Notes: a model not told the origin generated them from the sequence alone. A stretch of DNA of 64,000 nucleotides from Felis catus (GCF_018350175.1 NC_058368.1:195984001-196048000); one strand, 5' to 3'; positions 1 to 13,059 are shown, counted from the stretch's first letter. Program-made: numbers and translations.

Positions 1-868
1 TGAAAGTCCAGGGGAGTGGAAACAGCATGGTATTGGGAGTCAGGAGACCCAAGTTCCAGTTGTGCTCAGGCAGGGATAAGCCCTTTCTCCCACCCCTGTC
101 ACTTCTATAGGTAGTTGCCTGGTCTGCTGACCACCAGGCCTGTCTGGACCTAGGATCTGAAGGAAGGAGGAGGGGCAAGGGAAGGGAGGCCAGAGCAGAA
201 GGTCAGGACAGGGAGAGAATTCAAGGAAATGCTTCTTCACACGGCTGCCGTCAATGGGAGTATCCAGGCCCCAAGCAGGGTGGAGTGGGACAGGGAGCCA
301 GAGGTGGGAATAGAGACTGGCTGGAGGCAGCCCACTGTGGACGCCCGGGAGTCTTGGCACAGGGACAGGTAAACAGGCTGGGTAAACTGCCCCCCTGCTG
401 GGGTCAGGAAGGAACCAATGGCTGGCTGCACAACCTCTGGCTCAGCTGGGGGCAGGAAGATGAACTGGGCCTGAGTAATGGCCTGACCGCCTTGCCAGCC
501 CCTGCCCCATATCCTCCGGGCTGAAAGGAGGAAATGACACAGCCTCCATTCCCTAGGGAGTTCTCCATCCACGCCAAAGTCCCAGTGAGTGCAACCTGAC
601 TGAATTGTGGCAGACTGCCAGCCCTCCTCTCGGGAGGACAATAATTCATACTAAGGTGAGGAGGACTGCCAGGACATGGGAGATGCGTAAGAACAGGGCT
701 GGTAGTCCCAGACCTAGCTCCAGCCTTGCCACTGACAGGCTGGCAGAAGTCTTCACATGCCTCTTCTCTCGATGCCCAGAGGGGAACTGAGACCAGAGAG
801 GGATGCCATATGCCCTAAGTCACACACCCCAAACCACAAAGGCACCTCCGAGTGCTCATCTTACTCAC

Positions 869-1055
869 TCCAGCTGGGTCCTCTCTGCAGCCCAGCTTCC
901 CCCTGGATGCTGAGCCGGCCTCGGTTCTCAAAGCCTCCGGGAAAGGCAGCCAATTGCCTCGCTGACAAAGAGAGGAAAATCCCACATCGAAGGCAACGGA
1001 GAAGCTGGATGTGACTTCTCTCCTCCACAGATGACTCAGCCCAGCTCTTTATCAG
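869..1055 (-). other. SYNPO: Probable alternative first exon of the shorter SYNPO isoforms
   Basis: Donor GGA|GTGAGT at 869/868, directly downstream of a compact core promoter. It lies about 21 kb downstream of the coding exon, similar to the recalled human position of the short-isoform first exon. Confidence 0.65.
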
Positions 1056-1130
1056 GAAAACCGATTTTGCAACAGCTTTTTAAATGGCCTCTCCGCCCCC
1101 AATCTCTCCTCCGCCAATCTACCCGCCCCA
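1031..1130 (-). promoter_or_regulatory. Core promoter: TATA-like element, two GC boxes, two CCAAT boxes, AP-1/NF-E2 site
   Basis: Minus-strand ATTTAAAAA at 1077-1085; CCGCCC at 1093-1098 and 1123-1128; CCAAT at 1099-1103 and 1114-1118; ATGACTCAGC at 1031-1040; GATA-type TTTATC at 1048-1053. Confidence 0.65.
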
Positions 1131-4100
1131 TGCTGCCAGATTCATCTTCCTCTGCCTGGCTTCACTCACTTCTCTCTCCTGCCCCCCCAGGATGTGGAGG
1201 GTCAAACAGCAAGTCTTCATCCTGGCATTCAGGGCCCCCGACACCAGAGCCTGCCTGAAAGCTTGCTAACCTGCTGTCTGTGCCCTCGGCAACGGCCAGA
1301 GAAAATCCAATGGCCCGTGCTTCTCATGCCCACCCTGTGAGTTCCTGCCTCCCCTGTGTGGTTTGTGCCGACCCCTCTACAGGAACCCTTCTCTGTCTCA
1401 CATCCTTTGTACACGCCCCAGCCTTCCCACCTAACTGGAATGCCACCCCTTCCTCCAAAAAGCCTCCCCTGACCCACCAATGTATTATATGCACCACTTA
1501 ATAACCTCATCACTGTGCATATTATTCATAGGAGTGAGAATTACCTTTCAGGGCGTGCTCACCACACGCCAGGTCCTTGCTTCATTTACAGCAACCCTCA
1601 TCCCATGTTAGAGAAGAAACCGGCTCAGAGGGGTGAAGTGACCTGTTCAAGGAGGCGCAGCTAGGCAGTGGCACAATCAGAATTCAAACAGGGTGGCCCA
1701 GTGCCCAGTCCAGGGCCTACCACGTGGGTCACATTGCCTCTTCCCTCCCAAGGTCTTGCTTTGCAGCGATCACAGTCTAGGTTTATTCCACCCCCCATCT
1801 CCCCCCCCCCCCCACCCCCTCACCTCCTGAGACTGCAAGAGTCTCCGGGGCAGGGCAGGGCCTCAACTGCTTCACTTCTGTATTCCCCCCTTGTTCCCCG
1901 TACTTTCCATGAGTGCTGGCAGAATAATGACAAAGTCAATGGGGATGACAATAGCCAACGTGTGAGGAGCACCAGATGCTGCTGAGCTAAGGGTTTAGCA
2001 TATATTTTCTCATTGAACCTTCACAGCAACTCAGAGGGGAGGCTCCCTAACCTCTGTTGAGGAAAATGAGAGCCGCAAAATCGGAGAACTCACCCCCGGT
2101 CTCCCAGCCAGCAAGGGGCAGGCAGAGCTGAGTCGGAGCTGGGAGTCTGATTCCAAGCCCGGGCCCCTCCTTGTGAAGAGCTCTGCCTACAAAGCACACT
2201 CATTTCCCCCACCCACGGTTCCAGGCCCAGCCCTGCTGCCACTTCCTCCAGGAAGCCCTCACCAATCCATCCAGACTCCTAGATCAGTGCTCCACCTCTG
2301 CTCAAGCTGGCCCAGGGGCCTCAGAGCAGAAGGGGGTCAGAAGAAGCAATAGGTTGAGAAAGCTCAGGAACCCAGGCCCAGAGGAAGCAGGCCCGGCCCG
2401 ACTCCTGGTATCTCCCTGTTGGAAATGGGCTGGGCTCAGGCAGGGCTGGTGGCTGGGTTGGGGGGGAACCTAAGAAGAGGGCTCTCAAGGGGGCATGGGC
2501 CTCAGCTGGCAGCTATCCCCTTAGGCTACGGGCACTGCTCATTGCTGGACTTCTGCTGTGGGGTCCTCTGCCGAGGACTGGGAGCCGCCACCTCTCTCCT
2601 GCCTGCTCCACTGGACTAAACACTCATCTACAATTCGAGTTTTAGGGACTCAGAAATGGTGACCCAGAGAGAGTCAGGTTCAGCCCCAGGTGCACAGCAA
2701 ACTGGAAGGGACTGGTTCACAGAGCACCAAGCTCAGACTCAGGCTCCCACCTCCCAGTCCAGCCCTGGTAAGCCAGGCCTGCCCGGCCTCCATCATCCTG
2801 GCCCTGGGAGCCTTAGGAGTACAGAAAGGACTGCCACACCCTGTCCTTCCAGAGAAAATGTTTACTCCAGGAAACAAAAGGTAGTGAGCTGGGGGCGGGG
2901 GTGGATGGAGATGGTTTCCCCTAAATTGCCTCTGCCAGGGGTGTGGTGGGCCTAGGCCATCTCTGGGTCTCCAGCACCCAGCCCAGGGCCCAGCACGCTG
3001 GGTCTTGCATGGAGATGCAGCCCTTTCTCTTGGCCTTGTAGCAAGCCGGGGCTGGCGAGGCCTCCATCCTGTCTGGAGGCCCCCAGGCTCAGCAGAGGCC
3101 GCCGCTTGGGAGGGGTTCAGTAAGTGTTGAGGAAATAAGTGACTGAAGGATGATCCCTCCCACAGCCCAAATCACCTTCCCAGTTCGCCCCACCATTCAT
3201 CCTGGGAGACAGCCTCTAGATCTCAGATTCATCTAGACTCTAGATCATAGATCTAGAAGATCCTGGAAGACCTTCTTGGATCCTGGAAGAAGAGAGGAGA
3301 GAAGGAAGGAGGGAGGGAGCCACACCTCTGGGGGCAAAGAGGGAGACGAAACCTCAAATCACAGCGTTAGACCTAAGAGCACAATATTCCATTAAGTGCT
3401 GAGAGAACACAGAACCTAGAAGAGAGATTAATTAGGATGAAGGAATCCGGGAAGGCTTCCCGGAGGAGGTGGCATATGCCCTCCATCTTGAAAGATGGAG
3501 CTGTGGGGGCATTCCAAGCAAGGGGCCAGCCCAGCAGAGGCTGGAAGGCTCAATGCCACCCCCACCCCACGCCCCTCCACCACCCCTACCCCAAGTCAAG
3601 ACCAGATGGAAAGGAAGAGGGATGGTCCCAGGAGAGTTCCTTGGAACCGTGTATATTACAGGGCGCATGCCCGGGACGGGAGGCACCGCGCCACTTGCCC
3701 GAGGGGCCTCCGGGTGGGTTACATAACCGCCCTCCGCCGGGGCCTCGGAATCGGCCGGGGACCCTTCTCCGCCTCCGAGTCCTCAGCCATCTGTCTGGGC
3801 CGCTTCCCTCTTACAGAAGAGGCCGCTGCAGCGAAAGTGAAGGCCAGCGCCCTGTGGTAAATTCCCCACATTCCTTCCTCACAGAAAAATAAATAGCCCG
3901 GGAGAAGGAACGCAGGAGGAATGATAATGACGGCAGGGCTCGGTGGTGGAGACACAGAGCGGGGTAAACAGAGAAAGGAGCCGGAGCGCCCCGCAGAGCT
4001 CCCCAGCCTCGGGGGACCTCTGCCTGTCCCCTGGAGGCCGCCTGTCCGTCTCCTGTCTACCTGTCCTCCGGAGGCTGCCGGTCCCCAGAGGCGTGCTCAT

Positions 4101-5675
4101 CCGCCTCCCCTGGCGGCTCACTGGGCTGTGCCAACGCTCTCGGGTCCCAGGCTCGCTCACACCTGCCAAAGAAGGCTCTGGGAATCCCTGGGTCAGGGCA
4201 GGTGACAGCTGAGGGCAAGCTTGTCAGGACAGGGCTCCCCTGGCTTTTACTACTCAGGCTGCTGTCTACTGGGCACTTCTTACGTTCCAGGTATTCAGTT
4301 TTAGTATCATCCTTATGTTGGTATGTTGTTTTATTTTCTCTTTGCAAGCTGTGGCCTGGGGGTGCGGTTGAACCCATTTGACAGATGAGGAAACAGGCTC
4401 AGAAAGGTTTTGGGGAACCGCCAAGGTTATTTGGCCAGCGAGTGCTGTGAGGCCTCGGCTCCTGCCTCTCACTCCCACATCCGTTCAGCCTGCCTGCCCT
4501 TCCCAGAAAGCCCTCCTCTACCAAGTCCAGCCAGAGGTGCGGCCTGTGCGCCTCCCACGCCCTGTGCGGCAAGGCGTCCCGTACCACTGGCAGGCTACTT
4601 TTAGTAAGTCACCTCACCTCTCTGGGTCGCAGCTTCCTCATCAGGAAAACAGGGATGATGAGATCTGCTTTGCAGAGTCGCTGCTGAGTACGTGAGCTAC
4701 AGCAGTGTGATTCCTACAGTAGAAACTACTGTGCACACCTGAGGGGGATTTAACGTCAGCCTTTTGCACAATCCACCTGTGCATGACTCTGCTGGGCTCA
4801 GGCTCTGTCTGTCTCTCTCTTGTCCTCCCTTCTCCAGCCCTCTCTGGGTCTGGTCTTGCTATTCTGCTCGCAGTCAGACACAGCCCAACTTGCCCTCACC
4901 CTCACACCCCCTCCTCCCCCAGCATCCTGTCTGCAAGGGCACCCCAGCGTCAATCTCTAGCTAATGTGCTGTGGCAGAAAGAACCAGGTTTGAAGCCCAC
5001 GTTTGCCTCTTGCTAGATGTAAGTGTCCAGGCCGCCCTGGAGTGGCCCCCGATCCAAGAGTCCTACAAGGGAAGGTGCAGCCAAGGCTGCTCCCACCTCT
5101 CCGTGCACAGCCCCACAGCCTGGAGGGCACTGTGGCCCTGGGTGTGCTGGAGGCTGCTGACCCTGCCATGCCCCCTATGCCATTCACCAATTACCAGGCC
5201 GGTCTGGCTCCCCTCCAGCAGGAGGATTCTGCTGCCAGAGGAGAGGCTAGATCACCCAGGGCTGCCCTCCCCTCGTCCCTCAAACTACAAAGGCAGTTTA
5301 GAGGCAAGTCTAGTCCAGAAGACTGGAGGCCAGGAGGTTTGGTATCTGTCCTGTCACAATTTGGGTGAGATGCTGGACTAGTTCCTGACCTTCTTTGGGC
5401 TTCAGTTTGTCTGTGTGTTCCAAGAAGGGACTGGACTGGAACAGTGATTCCTAGAGAACGGTGCCCCTATACCTCCAGTGGCAGCAAAAGGATCTAAACG
5501 GTACCCTGATAACCTGAAATCTTAAGAGTTATGTAAATTTCACATGTGTATTGGCAGAGGGGTATAATGAACACGTCAGCCCTGTGAAAGGCGTATTACT
5601 GCTTAGGGAGAGGTAAAAGTAGATATTTCAGTAATGAAAGCTAGACAATTTAAAGGAAATAAGTATAGGTGGTGC

Positions 5676-6060
5676 ATGGACTCATTCATTCAACAGATAT
5701 TTACTGCACGCCAACTAAGGGCCAGGCACTGTTCACAGCCAGGAAGAGTAACAGAGATCCCTGTTTGCATTCTGGTAGGGGAGCAAGATAATAAATATAT
5801 GAGTAACTATACGAGTAAGTCAGAAGGTAAATGTTATGGAAAGAAATAAAGCAGGGATAAGACATCAGCCGACTGCATGGGGTGGGGAGTGGTCTGCAAA
5901 GGTAAATAGAGTGACGGAAGTCACTGAGAAGTCACGCCTGAGTATAGAAGAGAAGAAGGTGAGGGAGTGAGGCACGTGCCTGTCTAGGAAGAGAGAGCAG
6001 GCAGAGGCAACAGCTGGTGTTAAGGTCCCGAGGCAGGCTCGCACCTGGCTAGATGTAAGT
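5676..6060 (-). mobile_element. L2 3' fragment
   Basis: cattcattcaacagatatttactg...ggccaggcactgtt is the reverse complement of the L2 3' tail. Confidence 0.75.
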
Positions 6061-8710
6061 GAGGACGGTGCACCTAATGGGGAGGTGGGGCACGGATGGA
6101 GAAACCAAGCTCTCTAATGGCCCTTCTACCGCCACCCTTCAGGGTCTTAGGGATCCCCCTGCATTGCAGCCATTTGTGCACACACGTGCACGCACACCCT
6201 GCAACGCACGCATTCTCAATAGCTTCTTCATGCTGGCGAGAGCCTAGACTGCAGCCGTACCTCCTTCTGCTTGCTTCACACCTGCACTACAGGGGGCAAA
6301 GTGTGCGCAGGCTCGCCTGCACACCCACACACAGGGCGGGCAGAACCTGCCCATGACCTGCAAGCACTTGCAGTCATGCGGGTGAGAGGCACAGGTCCTC
6401 AGGTGGCAGGCTGGCACGGATCCACACGCAGCAGGCATACGCCTCGTGGGAGGGCCCATGCATTTCTCTCCCACCAGCCCGCCCGGTCTCCAGGTGACTG
6501 AGCTCTCAGACAACCCCTGCCCAGAGGGCACGTGCTGCTGTAGAATGTGAAGTGCACTGCTGGTGGGTCACATTCTCTTCTCCAGGCTCTCTGCAACTCG
6601 GCCATGGTTTCCTCTTTCTAGGGGTACATTAAAATCTACCACGTGATACTCAAATGTGCCAGTGGATTTTGTCACTCCGAAGAATGTCCCCCTTTCTCCC
6701 CACACTGCAATTAAATGGACAAGCCACGTAAAATGCCTCGGGGAGCACTGTAAATGCCACCAGCTGCTTCCAGCACCATCGCCTGTCACAATCCTGGTCC
6801 CTGGCTTCATCCTTTGAGGTTGCTTGGGGCGGCGGGGAGGGGCAGCTGAAGAGTAGGAAGAAAGGGCCAGACCGGGAGCCGGAGGTCTGGCTTTCAGTTT
6901 CAGTCTGGTCTCCAACCCATCATGAGGCCTCGAGCACATCTCCTCTCTGGCCCAGATCAGAATCCTGTAAGTGGTATAGGATCCCTCGGGAGGTGTCTCC
7001 CAAATGCACATTCCTGGGCTCCACCCCAGACCCAGACCACAGATTATCCACATTAACAGTCCCCCTGAGGGGTTCTGAAGCAAGCCACGTTGGGGACCCA
7101 CTGGGCCTGTGATTTTATAAACATGTTTGTGGAAGTGAATTGACATATGGGGAAATTCCTGGAGCACAGTTGGGTACCTAGCAAGACCCCATAATGTCAA
7201 CAAAAAATGCACTTAAGAAAATATATTTATTTACGGAATTATACGCCATCCCTTGAACACGCACCCTTTTAAAGTTCTACCAGCACCTTCGCATCCATCA
7301 GAGACAGAGGCAGAGCAGGAATTGTTACACTATTTTATAGATTGGGCACCTGAGGCAGAGAGAGACCAAGGGGCCTGGCCAGGATCTCCCAGAATGCAGG
7401 TCTTCAGCTCCCAGACACAGACCTTGGCTCAGTCTCACGAGATGTGCCACCCTGGGGCCTTATCCCTCATCCCCGATGGTTCTGATGTCCGGCCCACAAT
7501 GCACCTGTCCTTCCACTGCAGGTTTACGAAAACTCTGGACAGACATGACTTCTCAGGGTTCACTGAGAACAGGACAGCCTCAGATAGTTGAGTTCCTTAA
7601 CTAGCCATAGTGTTCCTCTCACTGGGCAGGGCAGTGGCTTTCCAAAGCCGTAACGTTACATGCTACCATTTGACCTGGTGTGGTCCTTCTCTTCCCGTCA
7701 GCCTGAGTTCAAACCCCAGTTGAGCAGATCACTACTTTGAGCAAGTCTTATAAATGCTGTGCCCAGTCTCCTCCTTTGTAAAGGGGTCTCCTAATTCCTA
7801 CCCTGCAGGGTGACTGTGAGGGCTAGGTCTCCTATGTGCTAAGCACCCGGTTTCAGGCCTGGCACAGAGGCTCCTGTGATGACACAGCACCATTAACTCA
7901 TAGGCTAAAGTGTGAGTTGCTGGAGGCAGAGACTCTGCCTCATTCGCCAGGGTGCCCGCGGCTACTGCGTGTAATACGTGCTCAGTAAATACGTGCTGAA
8001 TGAATGTAGAGATGATATCTCCAAAGCAACTCAGTCCTCGTCCCAGCTTACCATTCTGTTTCCTGACCCATCTCCCAGCCTGGAGGCTGAAGGCACTGAG
8101 CAGGAATGGTCAGAGACAGAAGGGATGGGTTATGGGTCGTGGGAAGTGCCCCCCTCTTCTGCCAAGGCAGTGACAACAAGCGGCATCCGGGGAGGGCGGT
8201 GTTCTTGGAGCCCTGAATGTAATCCTGTTGACTCAGAGGCATAAATAATGCACTAGCATGTTCTCTCCTCACTACCCTGTCATGCTAAGAATAGCAGCAG
8301 CTACCCTTTCAGGAATTCCACAGGGAAGAGAACAGGACACCAAGATGGGGACGAGAAGGGAAAGACGTCACTAGGCTGTGGATGGTCAAGTGCCCTCCTT
8401 CCAAGCCCACCTTCCCAAATTCATAAGACAAAGGACCCTGGAGGTAAGAGTGGAAAAGGCTCTTAGAGGCACCTGGTCAGGGGCTCTCCAGGGACAAGGA
8501 ACAAGCACCACCCCCACCCTCTTCCTGGTCTCTTTTCCTCCTCCCTTCTGATGCCCATCCTGATACGCCCAGGCCTCAACCACCCCTCCACACTCCTCCC
8601 CTCCCTATTCATGTGAATAAATATAGAGTGGGTGGTTCCTCTCTTATGGGTGGTTTCCTATGTAAAACTTCAGAGAGAAAAGAAGATTCTATAACTTTTA
8701 ATTAAAAAAA

Positions 8711-8744
8711 ATTTTTTTTTTAAATTTTTTAACTTTTATCTATT

Positions 8745-8796
<52 letters not shown>

Positions 8797-8974
8797 CACG
8801 AGCAGGGGAGGGTCAGAAAGAGAGGGAGACACAGAATCTGAAGCAGGCTCCAGGCCCTGAGCTGTCAGCACCGAGCCCAACACGGGGCTTGAACTCACGG
8901 ACCATGCATGAGATCACGACCTGATCCATGAGCCAAAGTCGGACACTTAACTGACGGAGCCACCCGAGCGCCCC
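8711..8974 (-). mobile_element. SINEC_Fc-type Can-SINE with long (GA)n tract
   Basis: Reverse-complement GGGGCGC..GGTGGCTC head, (CT)n linker and A-tail; flanked by near-identical TAATTAAAAAAATTTTTTT sequences consistent with a target-site duplication (TSD). Confidence 0.92.
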
Positions 8975-9018
8975 TAATTAAAAAAATTTTTTTAAGTTTA
9001 AAAGTGACTGACCTAGAA

Positions 9019-9192
9019 CAGTGCCTCTCAAACTTTAATATACATTTAACATAATTGCTCAGGGATGTGGTTCAAATGCAGATTCAGATTCAGGAGGTCT
9101 AGAGCGAGGCCTGAGAGTCTGCATTTCTAAGAAGCTTCCGGGTGGTGCTGATATTGCATCCATGGGCTGTACCTCGAGCACAGAAAACTAGA
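9019..9192. mobile_element. MER5B/MER5A-like MITE
   Basis: CAGTGCCTCTCAAACTT start; aaatgcagattc...ggcctgagagtctgcatttctaagaagcttcc. Confidence 0.75.
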
Positions 9193-11496
9193 GTATTTCC
9201 CTATGATACAGACGGAGAAGCTGAGGCCCAGAGAGCAGCAGGGATGTGCCCAAGAGCATACAGCAGAGCTGGGCTCAGAACACAGGCCACCTGACTCCTA
9301 GGGTTTGGCCATGAGGGGCTTTGGGGTTGGAAGGTGATGCTTGGTGTGGGGCAGGGGACAGACAGCAGTGACAGGCAGTCCAGGGGCAGGCCTCCATTCA
9401 GCCACGAGCCAGACCTCCTTGGGTCCGCGGGCTCCCACAGGAGTAAAAGGAAACAAGAATTATCCTGAACAGAGGCACTCAGCTGGAGTGAGTAGCTAAG
9501 ACCCTGCTCTCAGCAACCTGCATCTGGGCCCTGATGGGCCACCAGAACCTCGTGGAAGGCACGATGCATCAGGCAGCCGTTAAACTGAGAGGATGAGCTG
9601 GCCTGATGAGCACTGTGCGTTCAGTTGTTGGGTAAAGCAGCTGGCGGAGTGCTGAAGGCCCCCAGGGCGGCTCTGCCAGGGTGCAGACCCACGGGAAAGG
9701 AGCCAGAAGGCAAGACCAGCCTCCCAGACCAGCACTGGGAACCGCTCCTCCTTCCCAGGATGGGCCTCGGACCCCTTGGCAGGCTCCAGGCCCTGCATGA
9801 CCGGCCCCGCTGCCCCTGCACCCACACGCCTCAGCAGCGCTCCTCCTCTCCCCCCCATTGCCTCCCCACCATGCACTCCGGGTGGCGAGCTGGCCCTCCT
9901 TCAAGTGCTCAGACAGGGCCCAAGCACTTCCTCACCCCAAGGCTTTGGCAGTGGCTGCTGCTTCTGCCTAGAGCCCTTTCGTCCTTACCCTCTCTGTTGT
10001 CCCTTTCTGGCCACACTTATCCTTCAGGTCTGTTTACGGGTCTCAGGGAGAGGGCTGCCCGCCCTGGGAGGCTGCATTCCTCTGCCTGTCCTCCAAACTC
10101 TCATTACATCTGTAATTCCATTGTATCTTTGAAGCGTCAGTCTGCCCTGACTGATGGTGGTTAGCAGCCCTGAGGGCAGGGACCTTGGCTGTCATTGCTC
10201 CGCTCAGTCCCTGCCTCTGTGTGTAGGCCACGGCTGGGGCTCAATAAACATTTGTTGACGGGATGAGGGAATAAATGGATGAAAACACTGCTCACGTCAC
10301 TACTGCAAAGCCTCCCACCTCCGTGGTTTCTGGCCCTGCTCACCCTGAAGAAGTTGTACAGGACTGGGGTTGGCAAGGTCATCTGCCTCTAGTCCTGTGC
10401 TCTGCCACTCTCCAGCTGAGGGGGCCTCACAGGTCATATCACCCTCCGAGGCCGGTGGGTCTCTCTCTAGCGCTCTTTTTGGGTCTAAATGGGCGATGGC
10501 ATCTGGCAAAGGCTTTGGAAGCTATAAAGAGCTTTCATTGGTAGCATTACTCTGTCTGTGTTTGAGGCCCAGAGAGGGAAAGAGCCCCACTCAAGGCCAC
10601 ACAGCCAGTGTGTGGTGACACCAGACCCCACAGGCACAGCTTAAAGCCAACAGCTAAGCTTCGAGCCCACCCAGGCTCAGTGAGAGCACCATCTGCCTGG
10701 AGGCTGGGCAGGGGTGGAGGAGGGAGAGCATTCAGCCTCAGGCCCAGAGCCAGGGTGGGGTGGGCGGAGCCCCCAGCGGGAGCCCTGAGTGGGGCCTGGC
10801 AGCTGGGCATGGGGGAGCCAACTGGCACAGGCTGGGTGGTGGCATGCTTGTTCCCCATGCGCGTGACAGTCTATTTTTTAATCGGCACCCTCCCCATCCC
10901 CCAACTCCATGTGCCCTCCCGAAGGGCCCCATATCAGGAATCGTGTCCTGGCTGAGCCACCTTGGGGATCAGTGGGAAGGTCCCCAAGTCCCATCTCCTC
11001 TTGGAGCCCACAAGTACTAAGCATCCCAGAAGGCAGAACAGGAGGGCTCGGGAGGAAGAGTACCTCCTACTCGTGTGACCTCTGGCTGGTCCCTGGATTG
11101 TCTGACCTCAGTTTCCCCCATCTATATAGTGATGGGAGGCATGCCAGACTCTGCAGGAGTTCACTACAACGCAAGCTCTTGGGATTCACTCGAGCTCCAT
11201 GACACTGATGATGCCCATTCGTCAGGTTCTGGCAGAGCCTCCGTGCCCACAGCCCTCCCAGGGTACACTTGATCCTCCCTGACCTACTCCCAGGGGAGGA
11301 GGGCAGGTGGGGAGAACAGAGGCTCAGCTGGCTCAAGGGCCAACCTCAGAACCCCAGACCCCAAACCTCAGGTTCCTCCTTCCAGGACCTGAGGGACAGA
11401 GACGAGGAAGATCAAAGAGGAATGCTGTGTGTTCTTAAGCAGGTGGCCTGGCCTCTCTGAGCCTCTGGCGCTCCATCTAAAACAGGAAAGATTGTG

Positions 11497-11715
11497 TTGT
11501 GCAGAAGTTAAGTTCCCAGGATTTGGAGCCAAACTGCCTGGGTTTGAATCTGGCCACTCACCAGCTGTGTGACCTTGGGAAGCCCACTTAACCTCTCTGC
11601 GCCTTAGTTTCCCATCTGTAAAATGTTGATAATAATAGTATTTACTTCATGGAGTTGTTGACACGTAAGGAACGTAGAATGTCCTTGGCACATAGTAAGT
11701 AACCATAAATAGTAA
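11497..11715 (+). mobile_element. MIR, representative of many copies (others near 1540-1700, 18505-18720, 19985-20205, 27255-27500, 32430-32560, 49440-49670, 59000-59150)
   Basis: Core ctgtgtgaccttgggaagcccacttaacctctctgcgccttagtttcccatctgtaaaatg...ataataatagta. Confidence 0.88.
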
Positions 11716-13059
11716 CCAGTTTTCAAGAACTTTGGTTTTTATCTGCCGAACATTCTTAGTCTCCAAGAGATTTTATTCCAGAAGATTAGGCATAAGAGTG
11801 TCAAGTCAGCTTACTCTCCTGTCTGTGAGGCTCATCCAGCCTGCCCCTTCCTAGTCCCTCCTGTTGGCCCCATGTTTTCGGTGTCTGCTGAGCTCTTTCA
11901 CCCCCATGATCCCCTCACATCCTTCCTACCCCATTTCACAGCAGCTCAGAACCCAAGCCTGAGCCCCAGAGGAAACAAGTGATTTGTCCAAGACCACCGG
12001 CCAGTCAGCTAAGACTGGAGGTTCAAGTATTTGTTCCTGAAGTGCGGTCCAGGCCCTTTTCCACTGTGCTGTGCCCGTCCTCCCGCCATCAAAACCTGTT
12101 CCTGGCCAAACATCAAAAATTTATACTGAGATGTGAGTCTTGAGCTAGAGTCTGTCTCCTCAAAGGCTTGCTAGTTTAACAGAGATCAAAACATGATCAT
12201 ACTATTTAATAAGTAATACTTATCTTTTTTTTTAAAGCATTTACCATCATTTAATTTCAAAACAGTAAAGACAGGGCTTATTATTTTTTCTATTTACCGA
12301 TGTGGAAACAAAAGCCCAGAGAGGTTATATAATAGGGTTAAGACCTCCCAGCCAGTCGGGAGGAGAACCCAGGGGTCTAGCCACCGTATCCGTGTATCAG
12401 CCATGCAGGAAGCAGGTCACATAGGAGTAGACTGAACTTTGTTTCACCTGCCGCAGCCCTGGGAAGCTGGACAGGGGAGGGCAGGGGAGGGGAGTCACAG
12501 TCCTATAAGACACTGCCTCACCAAGTGGAAAAGATGAAGCTAGGAGGCAGGAATTTCAGGCAGTGGCCAGTTGGTAAAGATTTCATTCTGGAGAGAGAGG
12601 GCTTTTGTAAGCCTCTGGAATTACAGGGCCTGGAGGCCGTCCCCACATTGATTCCCCCCTCTGGCCACACTGGGTAGCGATTGAGCCCCAGTATCTGGGG
12701 ACAGTTCACAAAGGACTATGAGCTCACACATACACAGGCCTAACTCAGCAGAGCCCAGGCACTCCTCTGACCAGAGCACAGGCCGGTGGCTCCTTTGGGT
12801 CTGCAGCCTGAAGCCGTGAGGGATGAAGGCATTTTCATAACTTAGAGCCAACGGCCACCCCACCTCCACCCCAGCTCCTCATGTAAACCATTTACTGTCC
12901 TTTGAAATACCCTTCCTTCCAACCAAATCCCTCCCGTATGTCTAGATCCAAGTTTTGGAGGTACCTCCTCCATGAAGCCAGCCATGACCACTCCTTCAAA
13001 TAATACTCAGGTCTCTACTCCAATGGAGTGAGGGAGGGCTTCCCTAGCCACCAACACAA

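Noticed and set aside
3214..3292. Cluster of TCTAGA/AGATCT/GGATCC palindromes resembling a polylinker or repeat array
   Set aside because: Irregular short slippage-type duplications (GATCCTGGAAGA twice) with no vector context and no repeat-spacer periodicity; not CRISPR-like.
6568..7212. 214-aa minus-strand ORF
   Set aside because: Spans MER5/hAT-like remnants, has no recognisable protein features, and starts at a non-ATG codon.
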